DNA of 64,000 nt from Octopus vulgaris (taxonomy: Eukaryota). The notes below the pieces were generated by a model. The model searched no databases. It was not told the DNA's origin and saw only the letters and a list, made by a program, of their open reading frames with translations. The DNA lies in NCBI GenBank assembly GCA_951406725.2, contig OX597814.1:115692001-115756000 (forward strand), read 5' to 3'. A program made the translations under genes and the position numbers. This document shows positions 1-12,629 of the stretch, one piece after another (within the stretch, counting starts at the first letter, position 1; every line of letters begins with the position of its first letter).

Positions 1-136
1 CAATTTGCGACAACCAATAATTAACGCAACCAATTCCCAATAATATATTGGTTTTATCCTTTTCTGCCAAATTTTCCCAAATAGTCTCATCACACTATTG
101 AACTTCTCTGTTACCAAACACTATATTTATACATGT

Positions 137-365
137 AATGTGACAATTATGTATAAAAAAACATTTTTGAATTCATAATATCCAATGTGACAATTATGTA
201 AAAAACTTTTTTGAATGCATAATATTCAATGTGACAATTATGTAAAAAACTTTTTTGAACCCATAATATCCAATGTGACAATTATGTAAAAAACTTTTTT
301 GAATGCATAATATTCAATGTGACAATTATGTAAAAAACTTTTTTTGAACCCATATTATTCAATGT
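137..365. repeat. Tandem repeat, ~44-47 bp unit (AATGTGACAATTATGTAAAAAACTTTTTTGAATGCATAATATTC), ~5 copies
   Basis: AATGTGACAATTATG recurs at 137, 184, 228, 272 and 316. Confidence 0.9.
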
Positions 366-500
366 TTCCTTAAATGTAACTTTTGACAATCTTTTACCAA
401 AGAGTGAAACCGGTTAAGTAAATAAACATCGTTTAAATTGCATTTTCAAACCTTTTTTCTTATATAATCCCACTCGTGCGATACCCCACAACTCAACTTT

Positions 501-546
<46 letters not shown>

Positions 547-696
547 GAAACAAGATGGAAAAAATATTACTAGGATACCAGAGGTAGAGTAATATGCTTT
601 ATTGAAAAGCAGCAGAAATATCACAAAACTGTTACTCCAGAGTTTCACATTCCCATTCAGCTGCTTTACAATAAAGTATATATATATATATATATA

Positions 697-972
697 CTGC
701 TGTGTCTGGCGAGAGTCATTTTCTTTTTGTGCCTTATAATGTTATACACTCACCGGTAAAATTCCCACTTATTTCTTATTTTTATTTTCCTAAAATTTTC
801 ATTACGTCTTGCAACCTTTTCAATAATCTTGAAAAGTCAAAACTATTGAAAAGGTTGCAAGACACAACGAAAATTTTAGGAAAATAAGAAGCAGAAATAA
901 GTGGAAATTTTACCGGTGAGTGTGTTACATTATAAGACACAAAAAGAAAATGACTCTCCCCAGACACAACAG
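697..972. mobile_element. Foldback (near-perfect palindromic) element in a (TA)n tract
   Basis: Starts CTGCTGTGTCTGG and ends CCAGACACAACAG; arms of ~130 bp are reverse complements around a short loop near 828-842; TA on both sides. Confidence 0.85.
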
Positions 973-1423
973 TATATGCTTCAACACACGAACTCATATA
1001 AAGAATCTTGCAAACCAAATCCAAAAACGAAATATATATATATATAAAGTATGTGTATGTGTACATATAAAGTGTCATCTAACCTGTTGTGTGTATCTTT
1101 CTAAAGTTGCAAGATAGCTTGCTGATTATAGGCCTACCATCCTTTCAAGGTCCACCAGTCATAGTCTACATACACAACCAAGGCCTACATCTAACGTGGA
1201 AGCTGTGTAAAGCTTAAGCTGATTTGACAGGCTTCTACTTCGTATTCTTCTATTTCATGCCAATTCTTTAAATCAATTCTGTTGGCCAAATGAACCCACA
1301 ATTGTTTTCCCATACTTCCATTTGCAACAGAAATCCCATGACTTGGCAGCATTCATTCAGTTTAGTGAGCCCTTATATTAGTGTTTCCTATTTTTATAAT
1401 TGAATATTATTAGGATTGTTTAA

Positions 1424-2665
1424 CCCTTTCGTTACCAAACCGTCCAAAGCCGCCCGAAAAATATTTTGGTTTATGTGACCAAAACCGCCCGTAATTACCT
1501 ACTCATATTTAAATGAGATTATCAGAGCAAATCTCTTTAGTACATTTGTGAAAAGACGTGATTATACTTCGTAAACAGTTCATCTACAGTTTTGTACAAC
1601 GATCGAAGTGTAATTTTAATTCCGTGAATTTTGGGAGATTTTTTCCTGAAATTTGTTCCTATTGTGTTTTCAAAATTTGTAATTCTGACAAAAAATGGAT
1701 ACAAATTTCATTATGTCAAGCAGCGAGTCAGAATTCGAAGGATTTTCTACTGAAGACCTTGATAAATCTAACTCTATGACTGAAATAAAAAAAGCATGTG
1801 GTATTTGATAATGGATCCGATGTTTCATTTTCTGAAAATGAAAGCAGTGAATCCGAGAGCTCCGACAGCGATAAAGAAAATGAATTGGCACCTGAATGGA
1901 GTAAAAATATAAAAACTGTTTCTTTCAGTGATTTTTCTGAAGAAACTGGACCCAAGCCACAGTCTTTCCCAGGAGAGTGAAGCCTTAGACTATTTCTTTT
2001 TACTTTTTCGAATGAGCCTATTTGAAATCATTACGGCGAAAACAAACCGTTACGCTAAATGTAAACAAAGCGAAAGAAAGGATAGTTTGTGGTTTCCCAC
2101 AACCTTAAATGAAATTAAGGCCTATTTTGCCATAAATATTATTATGGGTATCAGAAAGTTACCCATAAATATTATTATGGGTATCAGAAAATTACAGCAG
2201 AAACGAACCGTTACGCTAAATGTAAACAAAGCGAAAGAAAGGATAGTTTGTGGTTTCCCACAACCTTAAATGAAATTAAAGCCTATTTTGCCATAAATAT
2301 TATTATGGGTATCAGAAAGTTACCCAGAATAACAAATTCTATAGTAAAATTTTGTTGTATACCCAATTGGATATTAGCTAATAACCCATTTTCTATAGCG
2401 ATGTTTGAAAAAAGATTTAATAATTTTATATTTTGTTGAATTTACCTGTATCTACCTGCAATTAGAGTAACTTTGTGACAAAAATTATAGTATAGAATTG
2501 GTTGAGAACATTTCATTAAATTATCTTCCAAAAATCACATTAATATATTGATAAATAAAAAAGTTATAGTTGTTTAATGAAACCAGACTAAATTTATGAT
2601 TATGTTAGAAATTAATTGAAACACATAAGGGGTGTATTTTGGTCAGAAATATAGTAACGAAAGGG
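1424..2665 (+). mobile_element. Internally deleted piggyBac DNA transposon
   Basis: TTAA(1420-1423)-CCCTTTCGTTAC ... GTAACGAAAGGG-TTAA(2666-2669): perfect 12-bp TIR with TTAA TSD; contains transposase N-terminal remnants. Confidence 0.92.
1798..2340 (+). pseudogene. piggyBac transposase N-terminal fragment (frameshifted, internally duplicated)
   Basis: Acidic N-terminus SDVSFSENESSESESSDSD, then EALDYFFLLF..IITAKTNRYAK..WFPTTLNEIKAYFAINIIMGIRKLP typical of PGBD transposases; ~2041-2163 repeated at ~2200-2325; catalytic core absent. Confidence 0.85.
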
Positions 2666-2856
2666 TTAAAATGAATGGAAATATTTTGTGTATTGTAGTA
2701 GTATATCCAATTGCAGATAAATTTTAGCAACAAGATCTGGTATGGACCCCCAGGTGAGAAAAGCTGCTTTATATGACGAATCTGCCAGCTTGAAATAGCA
2801 GTCAAATCTGCTTCAGACCACATCGTATATTCTATAAAGAGAATATTAACCCTTTC

Positions 2857-3090
2857 AAAGGTGGTCAGCTAGCAGAATCGTTAGCACGCTGGGCGAAATG
2901 CTTAGCGGGAATTTGTCTGCCACTACGTTCTGAGTTCAAATTCCGCCGAGGTCGACTTTGCCTTTCATCCTTTTGGGGTCAATTAAATAAGTACCAGTTA
3001 CGCACTGGAGTCATTATAATCGACTTAATCTGTTTGTCTGTCCTTGTTTGTCCTCTCTGTGTCTAGCCCCTTGTGGGTAGTAAAGAAATA
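2857..3090 (+). mobile_element. tRNA-derived SINE ('family B': AAGG(C)GG..AGCT(G)GCAGAATCGTTAGCAC..GAGTTCAAATTCC) with 15-bp TSD
   Basis: A/B-box-like head, central GCCTTTCATCCTTT.GGGGTC motif; flanked by AATATTAACCCTTTC at 2842-2856 and 3091-3105. Confidence 0.85.
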
Positions 3091-3098
3091 AATATTAA

Positions 3099-3308
3099 CC
3101 CTTTCGTTACCAACCTGGCTCTGGCTCTGAGTAGAAATGTCTTGTTTTCATGAGTTTCTAATTAAAATCTTCCACCAAACCTGAGTCACAATTTATGTTC
3201 CCAACACTAGCAGAATGATAACTAAGTTACTTTACTAAATTTTTTGTTATATTTCAAGTAATTGAAAGAAACACAGAGCATCTCAAAATACATACAGTAA
3301 TGAAAGAG
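3099..3308. mobile_element. piggyBac-type MITE (~210 bp)
   Basis: TTAA-CCCTTTCGTTACC ... GTAATGAAAGAG-TTAA; same TIR as the 1424-2665 element. Confidence 0.8.
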
Positions 3309-3677
3309 TTAAATGCTCATAACAAAACAGGCTGTTCACAACTTGAACAATTCTGGGCATAGGTCTGCTCTATCACGAGTGACATGAGGCTAAACAACAA
3401 ACACACACACTCACCAGTTTTGTTTTTCCACTCTTCAATTTCCACACAATCTTCCACACTGCTTCTTTCTACCGAGTTCTCTCACAAAGAATTGACCAAC
3501 CCAAGACTAAATAAGACATTTACCCAAGATGCCATGCTGTGGCACTAAACCCCAAATCAAATGGTTACAAAGTACAGGCATGCCTGCACTTGAAATGATA
3601 GGACAGCTTCAGTTAACTAAACAATAATGTTAAAACCTAGAATCAGCTTTTACCTCGGTGTGTATTGTATTTTACAG

Positions 3678-3737
3678 TGGAAAAGATATCAAGATATTGA
3701 ATCTGCTGTACTCAACAGGACAGAGGATGGTCTAAAG
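3678..3737 (+). CDS. KMT5A: H4K20 methyltransferase, internal coding exon (WKRYQDIESAVLNRTEDGLK)
   Basis: tttacAG acceptor, AAG|gtaatt donor, 60 nt, phase 0/0; resembles the pre-SET segment (..IDELIESGKEEGMK) of SETD8 and joins in frame to 7321; not in the ORF track. Confidence 0.8.
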
Positions 3738-3817
3738 GTAATTCGCTTTTGTTTCTAAATTTAGAATTATTTTGTCTCGACTGTTCTCTAATTTAAAGTG
3801 TTGTGATAACCATTTAA

Positions 3818-4034
3818 CCCTTGTAATACTAACCCACCTGGGACTACCCCTAGATCTGTGACACAAACTGTTTTTATGTGATCTGAATTAAAACCTTCCT
3901 GCAAAATTTCGCTCTTAATCTATGTTTCAAATATCATATTGTGACAATGAAGTTACTTTAATAAATTCTTTATTTTCAAAATTAATTAAAACACAAGTTG
4001 TGTAGTTTCATCAGAAATACGGTTGACAAAAGGG
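3818..4034. mobile_element. Degenerate piggyBac-type MITE (intronic)
   Basis: TTAA-CCCTT ... AAAAGGG-TTAA; internal similarity to 3099-3308. Confidence 0.7.
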
Positions 4035-4139
4035 TTAAAACATTTTGTCAGCATTGAGCTTCCAGTCTTGAAGAACAACTACTGGCAAAATGACGTTCAT
4101 ATATCCACTTCAATGTCTCTGACAGTCTTTTTTTGCACT

Positions 4140-4478
4140 CTTGATGGTGTTCACGTAAAAAGCACCATCCAAACGCAGTTGATGACATTCCTCACTGACT
4201 GGCCCCCGTGCTAGTGGCGCACCATCTGAACGTGGTCAATGTCAGTGCCCCCTGGCTGGCTCCTGTGCTGGTGGCACGTAGAAAGCACCATCCGAACCTG
4301 GTCAGTGCCAGTGGCATGTGAAAAGCACTCATTGGTTGGCGTTAGAAAGGGCATCCAGCTGTAGAAACCTTGCCAGCCAGATCAGATTGGAGCCTGGTGC
4401 AGCCCACTGGCTTGCCAGACCTCAGTCAAACTGTCCAACCCATGCCAGCATGGAAAGCAGGCGTTAAACAAGATGATA
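4140..4478 (+). mobile_element. RTE-LINE 3'UTR-derived repeat
   Basis: GTGGCACGTAAAAAGCACC sub-repeats, GGCATCCAGCTGTAGAAAC, CCAACCCATGCCAGCATGGAAA, GAT-type tail. Confidence 0.75.
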
Positions 4479-6907
4479 ATATTGATTACATTCTGTCTTT
4501 ACGTTCAAATTCTGCCATGGTCGACTTTGCCTTTCATCCTTTCGGGGTCGATAAATTAAGTACCTGTTGTGTACTGGGGTCTAACTAATTGACTGGCCCC
4601 TCCCCAAAAATTTTGGGCCTTGTGCCTAGAGTAGAAAAGAATATTGGTTTCAGCCAACAATTTCAGGGGAGAGAGTAAGTCATGTTATACCAACCCCAGT
4701 ATTTAACTGGTATTTATTGACCTCAAAAGGTTGAAAGTCAAACCCTGTCAGTATTTGAACTCAGAACAGAAACACAGACAAAATACTGCTGAGCGTTTTG
4801 CCCAGCATCCTAACAATTCTGCCAACTTGTTGCCTTGGTTATGATAATATAATGTTGAGACGAGCTAACAGAATTATTAGCATTTTGTCTGACTTTTTTT
4901 TTATGTTCTGAGTTAAAATGGTGCTGAAGTCGACAGTCGACTTCGTGTTTCATTTTATTCTGAATCAATAAAATAAGTCCTGAGGTTAATGTAATTGCTT
5001 TATCCCTCCCCTTGAAGTTGCAGGTCTTGTACCAAAATTAGAATTTTACCTAAGAGAGAAGTGAAATCTAACTGGGTATAACAAACAAAAGAAACCAGTT
5101 TCTCGGTATATAATAGTGTAACTTAAACAGTGACCATAGCCCTTAATTTCTTAACCTCTACTCACCCACCACCTACACTTCCTGTTTTTCTTATCCCCAT
5201 TCACTTCTGTCATCTCTTAGGTTCCACCCTGACACCATACCACCAGTATTGTATCTCTTTTCAGTTCCACCCTGCTCACTCCCACCTTACGATTCCTTTA
5301 ATAGAAGTACCCATGTCTAACTCTACAGCAAGAAACCTCTTTTGTTGTTGCCCCTTCTCTCATATGTTAACATCGCATCTCCTAGCATAAAGCTGCCCTT
5401 TGCCCCATTCAGTCAAAGATCTCAGTGTTACAAGGTGCATGTCTGTGTTACTAGTGGTGATGCTATTAGAGAAACACCCAGTACACACTGTAATGCAGTT
5501 GGCATTAGGAAGGGCATTCATCCATCCATAGAAACCTTACTAAAACAGCCTTGGTCTATGATGCGATCCATGGACCCTTCAAATCATCTTAACCTATACC
5601 AACATGGACAAAAACAAGATACTGTGATGTGGTGTTCTGTTCGTTAAAAACTGTATCAATGACAGTCAGGGATCATTTGTTGTCATTTGGGTTAGACTGG
5701 TCTTACAGTGCCTCATTACAGTCCTTTTGCATCTGACACTCATGGCAACAAGAGAAAAACCAGCCAACTCTATTGTGCTTGATACAGTTTCTGTGCCTGG
5801 GTGTTCTTCCTATCACCAAACTACTTTACAGCATGGACTACATGCAGTTTATCACACTACCATTCATTTGATATACCTGGCACCTTACTGTACTCAAGAA
5901 AACCCATCCTACACAGCAGAAGTGTTAAGGCTGCTTTTCATGTGCCAATGATTTCACTTGGTTTGACAGGTCTTCACAAGCACAGCATATTGACCAAATG
6001 GGCCAGTTACGTGACACTGGCACCAGCCACAACTAATGATATCACTGCCTATATATATATATATATATATATATAAACAAACCATTGCTAGTTGTTAAAC
6101 AGTGTGCTGGTTCACATGCATGCATGTATATGTAACATGGGCTTCTTTCAGTTTCACTCTACCAAATTCACTCAGAAGGCATTAGTCAGCCCAGGGCTAT
6201 AACAAGGCACTTTTCCAAAGCACCACTCTGTGGGACTGAACCCAAAACCACATTGTTGCAAAGCAAGTTTCTTAACGAGACGGCCATGCCTGCATTTATA
6301 TGCAAAAAATCTCAACTCCAAACTAGGAGCTAGTTGTTCAATATCTTATCCACTTGACCATTCACACCTCATATTAAAAATAATTTATGACATTTAATAG
6401 GCACAGGTATGGCTGTGTGGGTAAGAAGTTTGTTTTGCAACTATATGATTTTGTGTTCAATCTCACTGTGCAACACTTTAGTCATATGTTTTCAATTATT
6501 GTTCCTTGTGAGTAGTTTTGAGAGACAAAAGCTGGAAAAAACCTGCCACACTTGTACATGTGACAGTTGTAAACAAGCTTCACTTTTGTACAGGTAATGT
6601 CAATCCTTTCCAATTCTCTATGAAATATATTCAACCAGGAGTAAATATTATCATGCAGAAGAGGGTTGGCAAATAGAAAGGCATCCATCTGTAGAAAACT
6701 GCCTTATTGAATTCCATCTGACTGATACAAGCATGGAAAAGTGGGTATTAAACTGATAATATGTATATGTGTGTTTGTATTTCTTTGTCTTAACATCACA
6801 CACTGATTGTAAACAAGTATCACAACCATTCAGGCTGTGATGCATTTTCAGCCTTCCACGACAGTGTCTGCCTTCATGCTGTATTACCTTATTTGGAAAA
6901 GGATGAG

Positions 6908-7110
6908 GCGGCGAAATGCTTAGCTGTATTTCGTCTGCCATTATGTTCTGAGTTCAAATTCTGCCAAGGTCGACTTTGCCTTTCATCCTTTCAGGGTCGA
7001 TTAAATAAGTACCAGTTACGCACTGGGATCGATGTAATCGGCTTAATCCGTTTGTCTGTCCTTGTTTGTCCCTTCTGTGTTTAGCCCCTTGTGGGTAGTG
7101 AAGAAATAGG
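6908..7110 (+). mobile_element. SINE family B (intronic)
   Basis: Highly similar to 2857-3090; ends AAGAAATAGG. Confidence 0.8.
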
Positions 7111-7320
7111 TTGGTGAACAAAAGAGCATCCAGCCATAGCAAATTTTCCTCGACAGATTTCACCCGACTCATACAAACATGGAGAAATGGACATTAAAAC
7201 AAGGATACCTAGAACCAATGCAATTTCAAAAGTTAAAATTTGACTTATAGTGTCTTCCAGGTTATTAGTTTTCTTGTTGCCTAACATGTATACATAACTG
7301 TTTTCTCTTTTCTACTTTAG

Positions 7321-7511
7321 GTGGTTGATTTCAATGGTAAAGGGCGAGGTGTGATTGCCACCAGATCGTTCAAGAAAGGGGAATTTGTTGTAGAATATGC
7401 TGGAGATCTTATAAGTTATCCAGCAGCCAAAGATCGAGAACGTATTTATGCTTTGGACCCTGGTTTTGGCTGCTATATGTACTATTTTGTCTACAACAGC
7501 AAAAATTATTG
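7321..7511 (+). CDS. KMT5A: H4K20 methyltransferase, SET-domain exon (VVDFNGKGRGVIATRSFKKGEFVVEYAGDLI..GCYMYYF..)
   Basis: Pyrimidine tract + AG at 7319-7320; TG|gtaagt donor; 191 nt, ends phase 2; SET motif GKGRGV and SETD8-specific GCYMYYF. Confidence 0.95.
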
Positions 7512-8009
7512 GTAAGTCTGTTTAATATTTCGTTTGGTAGTTTTTTGCTAGTTTTTAATCAATAACTGTAATAGTTACCAATTCATCATCATCGTCATTG
7601 TTTAATGTCCGCCTTCCTGGCATGGGTGGGACGGTCGAGATTTTTATATCTGGATGTCCATCCTAACACCAGCCACTCAGCAGAGTGAACTTAGTGCTTG
7701 TTACGTGGCACAAGCACAGGCAAGGGCAATTTTGGCAAGCATTTTACAGCTGGATGCCAACCACTTGAGAGTGTGGACTGAGTGCTTTTAAGTGGCACCT
7801 GCTGCACTGACTGAGTCACCAAGTATTGCAAGACAAAAAAAAAAGCTTCATAAAAAAATGAGTCAACACCAGATTATTTACTTTGGAAATTAACTAGGGT
7901 ATTTTCACTGAGACAATTGAGTATTTAAAAGGAAAAAGCTAATTAAAATAAACTTTCTGCATTTTAAAGTTATGTTCATTATACTTGGTCTATCAAAACT
8001 GACTATATC

Positions 8010-8272
8010 TACCTAACTGTCTAACTAACTATCTATCTATCTAACTATTTATCTGTCTAACTAACTAACTGTCTGTCTATCTAACTGTCTGTCTATCTAA
8101 CTGCCTGTCTATCTAACTGCCTGTCTATCTAACTGCCTGTCTATCTAACTGCCTGTCTATCTAACTGCCTGTCTATCTAACTGCCTGTCTATCTTACTGC
8201 CTTTCTATCTTGCTGCCTGTCTATCTGTCTGTGTAACTATGTCTATCTGTTTATCTATCTAATTGTCTGTCT
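8010..8272. repeat. Intronic minisatellite, 16-bp unit CTATCTAACTGCCTGT
   Basis: Direct reading of the tandem units. Confidence 0.9.
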
Positions 8273-8423
8273 AACTCCAAACCTTTACATTCTTCACTCC
8301 TCATAAAAGTTAGAGAAATCTCCTATTGTAGACTTCAGAATTGCTTCTAGTTTCCTTCTTCCATTTGATGATTTTATTTAATATCTATTTCTCTTTACCT
8401 TTTTTTTTTTTGTTTTCCTGCAG

Positions 8424-8634
8424 TGTTGACGCTACTGATGAAAGTGGACGTTTAGGTCGGCTGATTAACCACAGTCGCTCAGGAAACTGCCGGACTAAGC
8501 TGATTGGTATCAAAGGCCGTCCTTATTTAATTTTGGTTGCATCACGGAATATAAACAATGGTGAGGAGCTTCTCTACGACTACGGTGACCGGAGCAAAGC
8601 ATCCATAGCTGCCCATCCTTGGCTACGGGATTGA
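8424..8634 (+). CDS. KMT5A: H4K20 methyltransferase, last coding exon ((C)VDATDESGRLGRLINHS..GEELLYDYGDRSKASIAAHPWLRD*)
   Basis: Poly-T tract + CAG at 8421-8423; T completes the split TGT Cys codon; SET motifs RLINHS and ELLYDY, C-terminal HPWL as in SETD8/PR-Set7; TGA at 8632-8634. Confidence 0.96.
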
Positions 8635-8955
8635 TTGTACTTCATCCTAGTTCCATCAATCTCCTACCTCACTTATCGACTTACTAAGTGTCTGATTCAA
8701 AAGTAAATACCATATTGCGACTGTACATACCTACCACAAGCCAACTTCAACTTGCTCTGTTTTAAGGGCTGAAATTTTTTTTTTCTTTCTTTTTTTTCTT
8801 TTGGAAAGTTGTATATTTTACTCTGTTACTTCTAAGAAGTGCCATTCCTGTTTCATGACAGTGTTTTCCCAATTGCTTCTCAAATAGAAAACATCTATAG
8901 ATTGTTCCTTCTTTCCTATTTTTTTTTTTTTAATCTTTTTCTAAATACCTGTTTA

Positions 8956-8961
8956 AATAAA
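8956..8961 (+). promoter_or_regulatory. Candidate polyadenylation signal AATAAA (others at 10194, 11091, 12021)
   Basis: Hexamer downstream of the KMT5A stop; which one is used cannot be determined from sequence. Confidence 0.3.
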
Positions 8962-8987
8962 CTTCTGTAACCTGAATCAGTACATTG

Positions 8988-9132
8988 AATGTGTGTGTGT
9001 GTATGTATGTATATATATATATGTGTATGTATGTATATATATATGTGTATGTATATATATATATATATGTGTGTATGTATGTATATATGTGTGTATGTAT
9101 ATGTGTGTATGTATGTGTATGTTTGTATGTAC

Positions 9133-9166
<34 letters not shown>

Positions 9167-9217
9167 GTATGTGTGTATATATGTATGTGTGTATATATGT
9201 ATGTGTATATATGTATG

Positions 9218-9257
<40 letters not shown>

Positions 9258-9267
9258 TATATGTATG

Positions 9268-9306
<39 letters not shown>

Positions 9307-9431
9307 GTATATATATATATGTATGTATATATGTATGTATGTACATATATATGTGTGTGTATATGTATGTATATATATGTGTGTATATATGTATGTATAT
9401 ATATGTGTGTATATATGTATGTATATGTGTG
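8988..9431. repeat. Compound (TA)/(TG)/(TATG) microsatellite
   Basis: Direct reading. Confidence 0.95.
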
Positions 9432-9704
9432 ATGAAGTTTGTACACTAGGTTATTTCCTCGTATCATCACCAATCTGTCTGGGATAATGATTTTAATGAT
9501 TATATTTATTTTTCTGTGTTGGTATTCTCTGTTGTTTCCTCATACCTAAAGGGTTTGCAATGTCAACTGCATGAGACTTTTAGATATAAGGAAATCATGC
9601 AGGTTTTTACCAACAAACAACTGTTACAAGACATACAGACCAAGCACACTAACACAAGTGAGTATTGAGACCTTAGCATTTTCACGCAGAAATGTACAGT
9701 CTAA

Positions 9705-9895
9705 TGTACATGTGTGTGTGTGTATATGTGTATATATGTATGTGTATGTATATATATGTACATGTGTATATATGTATCTGTACATCTGTATATATATGTA
9801 CATGTGTATATATGTATATATATATGTACATGTGTATATATGTATGTATATGTGTATGTATGTATACATACACACATACATATACACATACATAT
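9705..9895. repeat. Compound (TA)/(TG)/(CA) microsatellite
   Basis: Direct reading. Confidence 0.9.
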
Positions 9896-12629
9896 TTTTG
9901 TTTATTTACTCCACAGATTTTGCCTTTTCATTAAGTATGTAGTTGTCCCTGGTGAGGGAGAAGTTTTATCACTCAACAAATTCAAAACTGCACTCATATC
10001 TTATGGTAAAGTAAAAACTTTGGTGTACGTCTTACTCAGTGACGCATTGTCTTTACTTCCACATCAACTCCTAAGTAATTATTATTATTATTATTTATTT
10101 ACAAATTTGGTTCATTTTAATCTATTCAGTAAGTTTGGTTTACAAGAGACTAACGTTTAGTGTTTTTTAATGACGGAAAACATTTTATAATTTAATAAAC
10201 ATTATATGCGTAATATTATGGAGCTGCTAAAATTGAAATTCTGCAGCTCTAGAATTTCAAAGTGGTATTCTTTTAATGTATTATAAACATATATTTTCAT
10301 AAACATTTTATCAAATACTATGGTAAATAGCATAATTACTAGTTACTTGTAACCTATATAATTACTAGCTGTATTAGTAACATTATAAGTTGTTCCTCTT
10401 TTTTTTTTTTTTTTCTCATTGTAACCTCCAACATGGTCAGTGAACTATTATTTTCAGTACGTTTGGACATAAGGTGGTGGGTCTTTTAATGTGTTATTAA
10501 AATTTTTAATGTTTGAATGATGATAAATTTACATGCGAAGGACAATTGATTATGCACTTGGTACTTTTAATTTAAGAAGCAATTAGGTTTGTAAGAATAT
10601 TATTATTATTGTTGCCCTAAGAATGTTTGTCTGTTTCCTAATACTATTGAACTTAGAGATTTATAAAGCTCAGATCAGTGTTCAACTAATTTGATAAGAT
10701 GTCTGTGCTCTCTGCTACTTGGTCCTTGGCTAGCTCTATTCCAGCTGAACGATTGCTGACTATTTAACTGTTTCTTGAAATTCATGTCCTTCCTCGTACA
10801 CTGAATCAGATTTTAGCTGACGAGTCACTTTTACCTGGTGATGATGTGATAAAAATCTTTCATCACGTCTGGTGGCCCTCAATCCTCTGATGTTGGAGTA
10901 ACTCGTCATAATCTCTTTTAAGTTGGTCATTTGCAATGTATGGGTCATAGCACCAACCTTCTTTATTTTAACTGTGTTGCCATGTTATTGAATGTCCTCC
11001 ATTATAGAACCTGTCAGTTACAGATTGCAACAGTGAATTGTCCAGAGGTTCTTACAGTTATTGTTTCTTAACTTGGTTAATCCTTTAGCGAATAAACCAG
11101 CCTGAATGTTTTCTATTTTATGTTCAAAGTACCCAGCTCTGGCTCCTCACACCTGCTCTACTATGTCAATCTAAACATAAACAGTCACGTCATTGAAATA
11201 TTAAAGCTACAAGATGATGCATGATTAATTCAAAACATTACATTTGACAGATTAATCTGAATGCTAACGAGTTCAACATAGACCTTAATGTTTAAACGTT
11301 TTCTTTCCTACTGAGTGTCTTCAAAAAATATATTGGTAGCTACCTTCCTTTCCAAAGACAATAGTGGCACCACGGTGTCATCTCGATGTCTCTCTGTGCA
11401 TCTTTGATGATGGTGTGTCTCTGGAGTCACCCTCACATGGCAAACTCTGTCACACCAACTTCATCATCATCACCATTTAACATCCACTCTGTATACTCAC
11501 ATGGGTGAGATGGAGGTTATTGAAGCAGGTTTTCTGTTCCCAGATGCTTTTCCTGTCACAAGCCTTCACCTATTTCCAAGCAAAGTAATATTTTTCCATA
11601 GCAAGACATGATCTTCACTGAAAGCTCAAAACGAACAACCTCATTTGTATGACAGTGATCCTCATTTACAACCATACATATGTATGATAACTGAGCCTGC
11701 CACTTTCTTCCATTCTACACTTCTCCATTTCTACTCCCAGTACACCACTTTGGGTGCATAGTAATTATTCAATACATCCCAGCTGTTTACATTGACCTTG
11801 AATGCAGGAGATCAAATCATTTGCTTGAAGACAAAATAAAGGAATCTCTTTTTCCTTTTTATGTTGAAAGCTAACTGATAAAGTTCTTGTGCATCACATA
11901 TTAATTAAAACTGAGCCAAATTAGATGCATTTAGCTATTGGCTGTTGTTCAAAAATATTCTATTTTATATGGTTCCCACATATGATAATTTATATAGTTT
12001 CATTATGCCTCAACATTGTAAATAAATTCAATAATTTATGTTCATAGTTAGCAGAATATATTCAACAAACAAACCTCATGTCCCCAAACTGTTACAATTC
12101 ACTTTCTGTTCTGCTTGGGAGATATATTTATCTCTAGAAAAATGTGTGTTGCCTTTGCACAAGTGAATGGAGCTATTGCATCTACTTCAGTAGTATTATT
12201 ATTGTTATTATCTGTATTTATTTCATCAATTACATTTATCTTCTAACAGCTTCAATGGTTACATTTGGGCCTGGGTTTTAAGAAATAGCTGTTCTTGTAG
12301 TATATTCCCTCTTATCTAGTACTCAAATAACTGGAACTCTTGAACAACTGGCACCTAGAAAATGTAAATATTGTATTGTTGTTTAGTCAAGGAAATTTGT
12401 GTTAATTGTCATTAGTGGTAAGAAACTATCAAAGGGGTTTTTACAGCAGATCTTCAGAGGAGAGGGCTCTTGGCGAGTGTTCTAAAAAGTACAGTACAGT
12501 ATTTCGTTTGACTGTATTTACAGTTCCTGTGTTTTATTGGGTTGATAAAACTTGTTCTTTAAATTCTATTTTTATTTCTTCTCTTTAGCTTATTTCTACT
12601 ATGTTTTGAATATTGATGATAATACCAAA

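Noticed and set aside
1798-2439. Domesticated PGBD gene fused to KMT5A
   Set aside because: Frameshifted, duplicated and lacking the catalytic core; no supported splice sites.
10815-10860. CTGACGA-GTCAC..GTGAT hammerhead-like start
   Set aside because: Followed by GATG rather than GAAA; no stem I or III.
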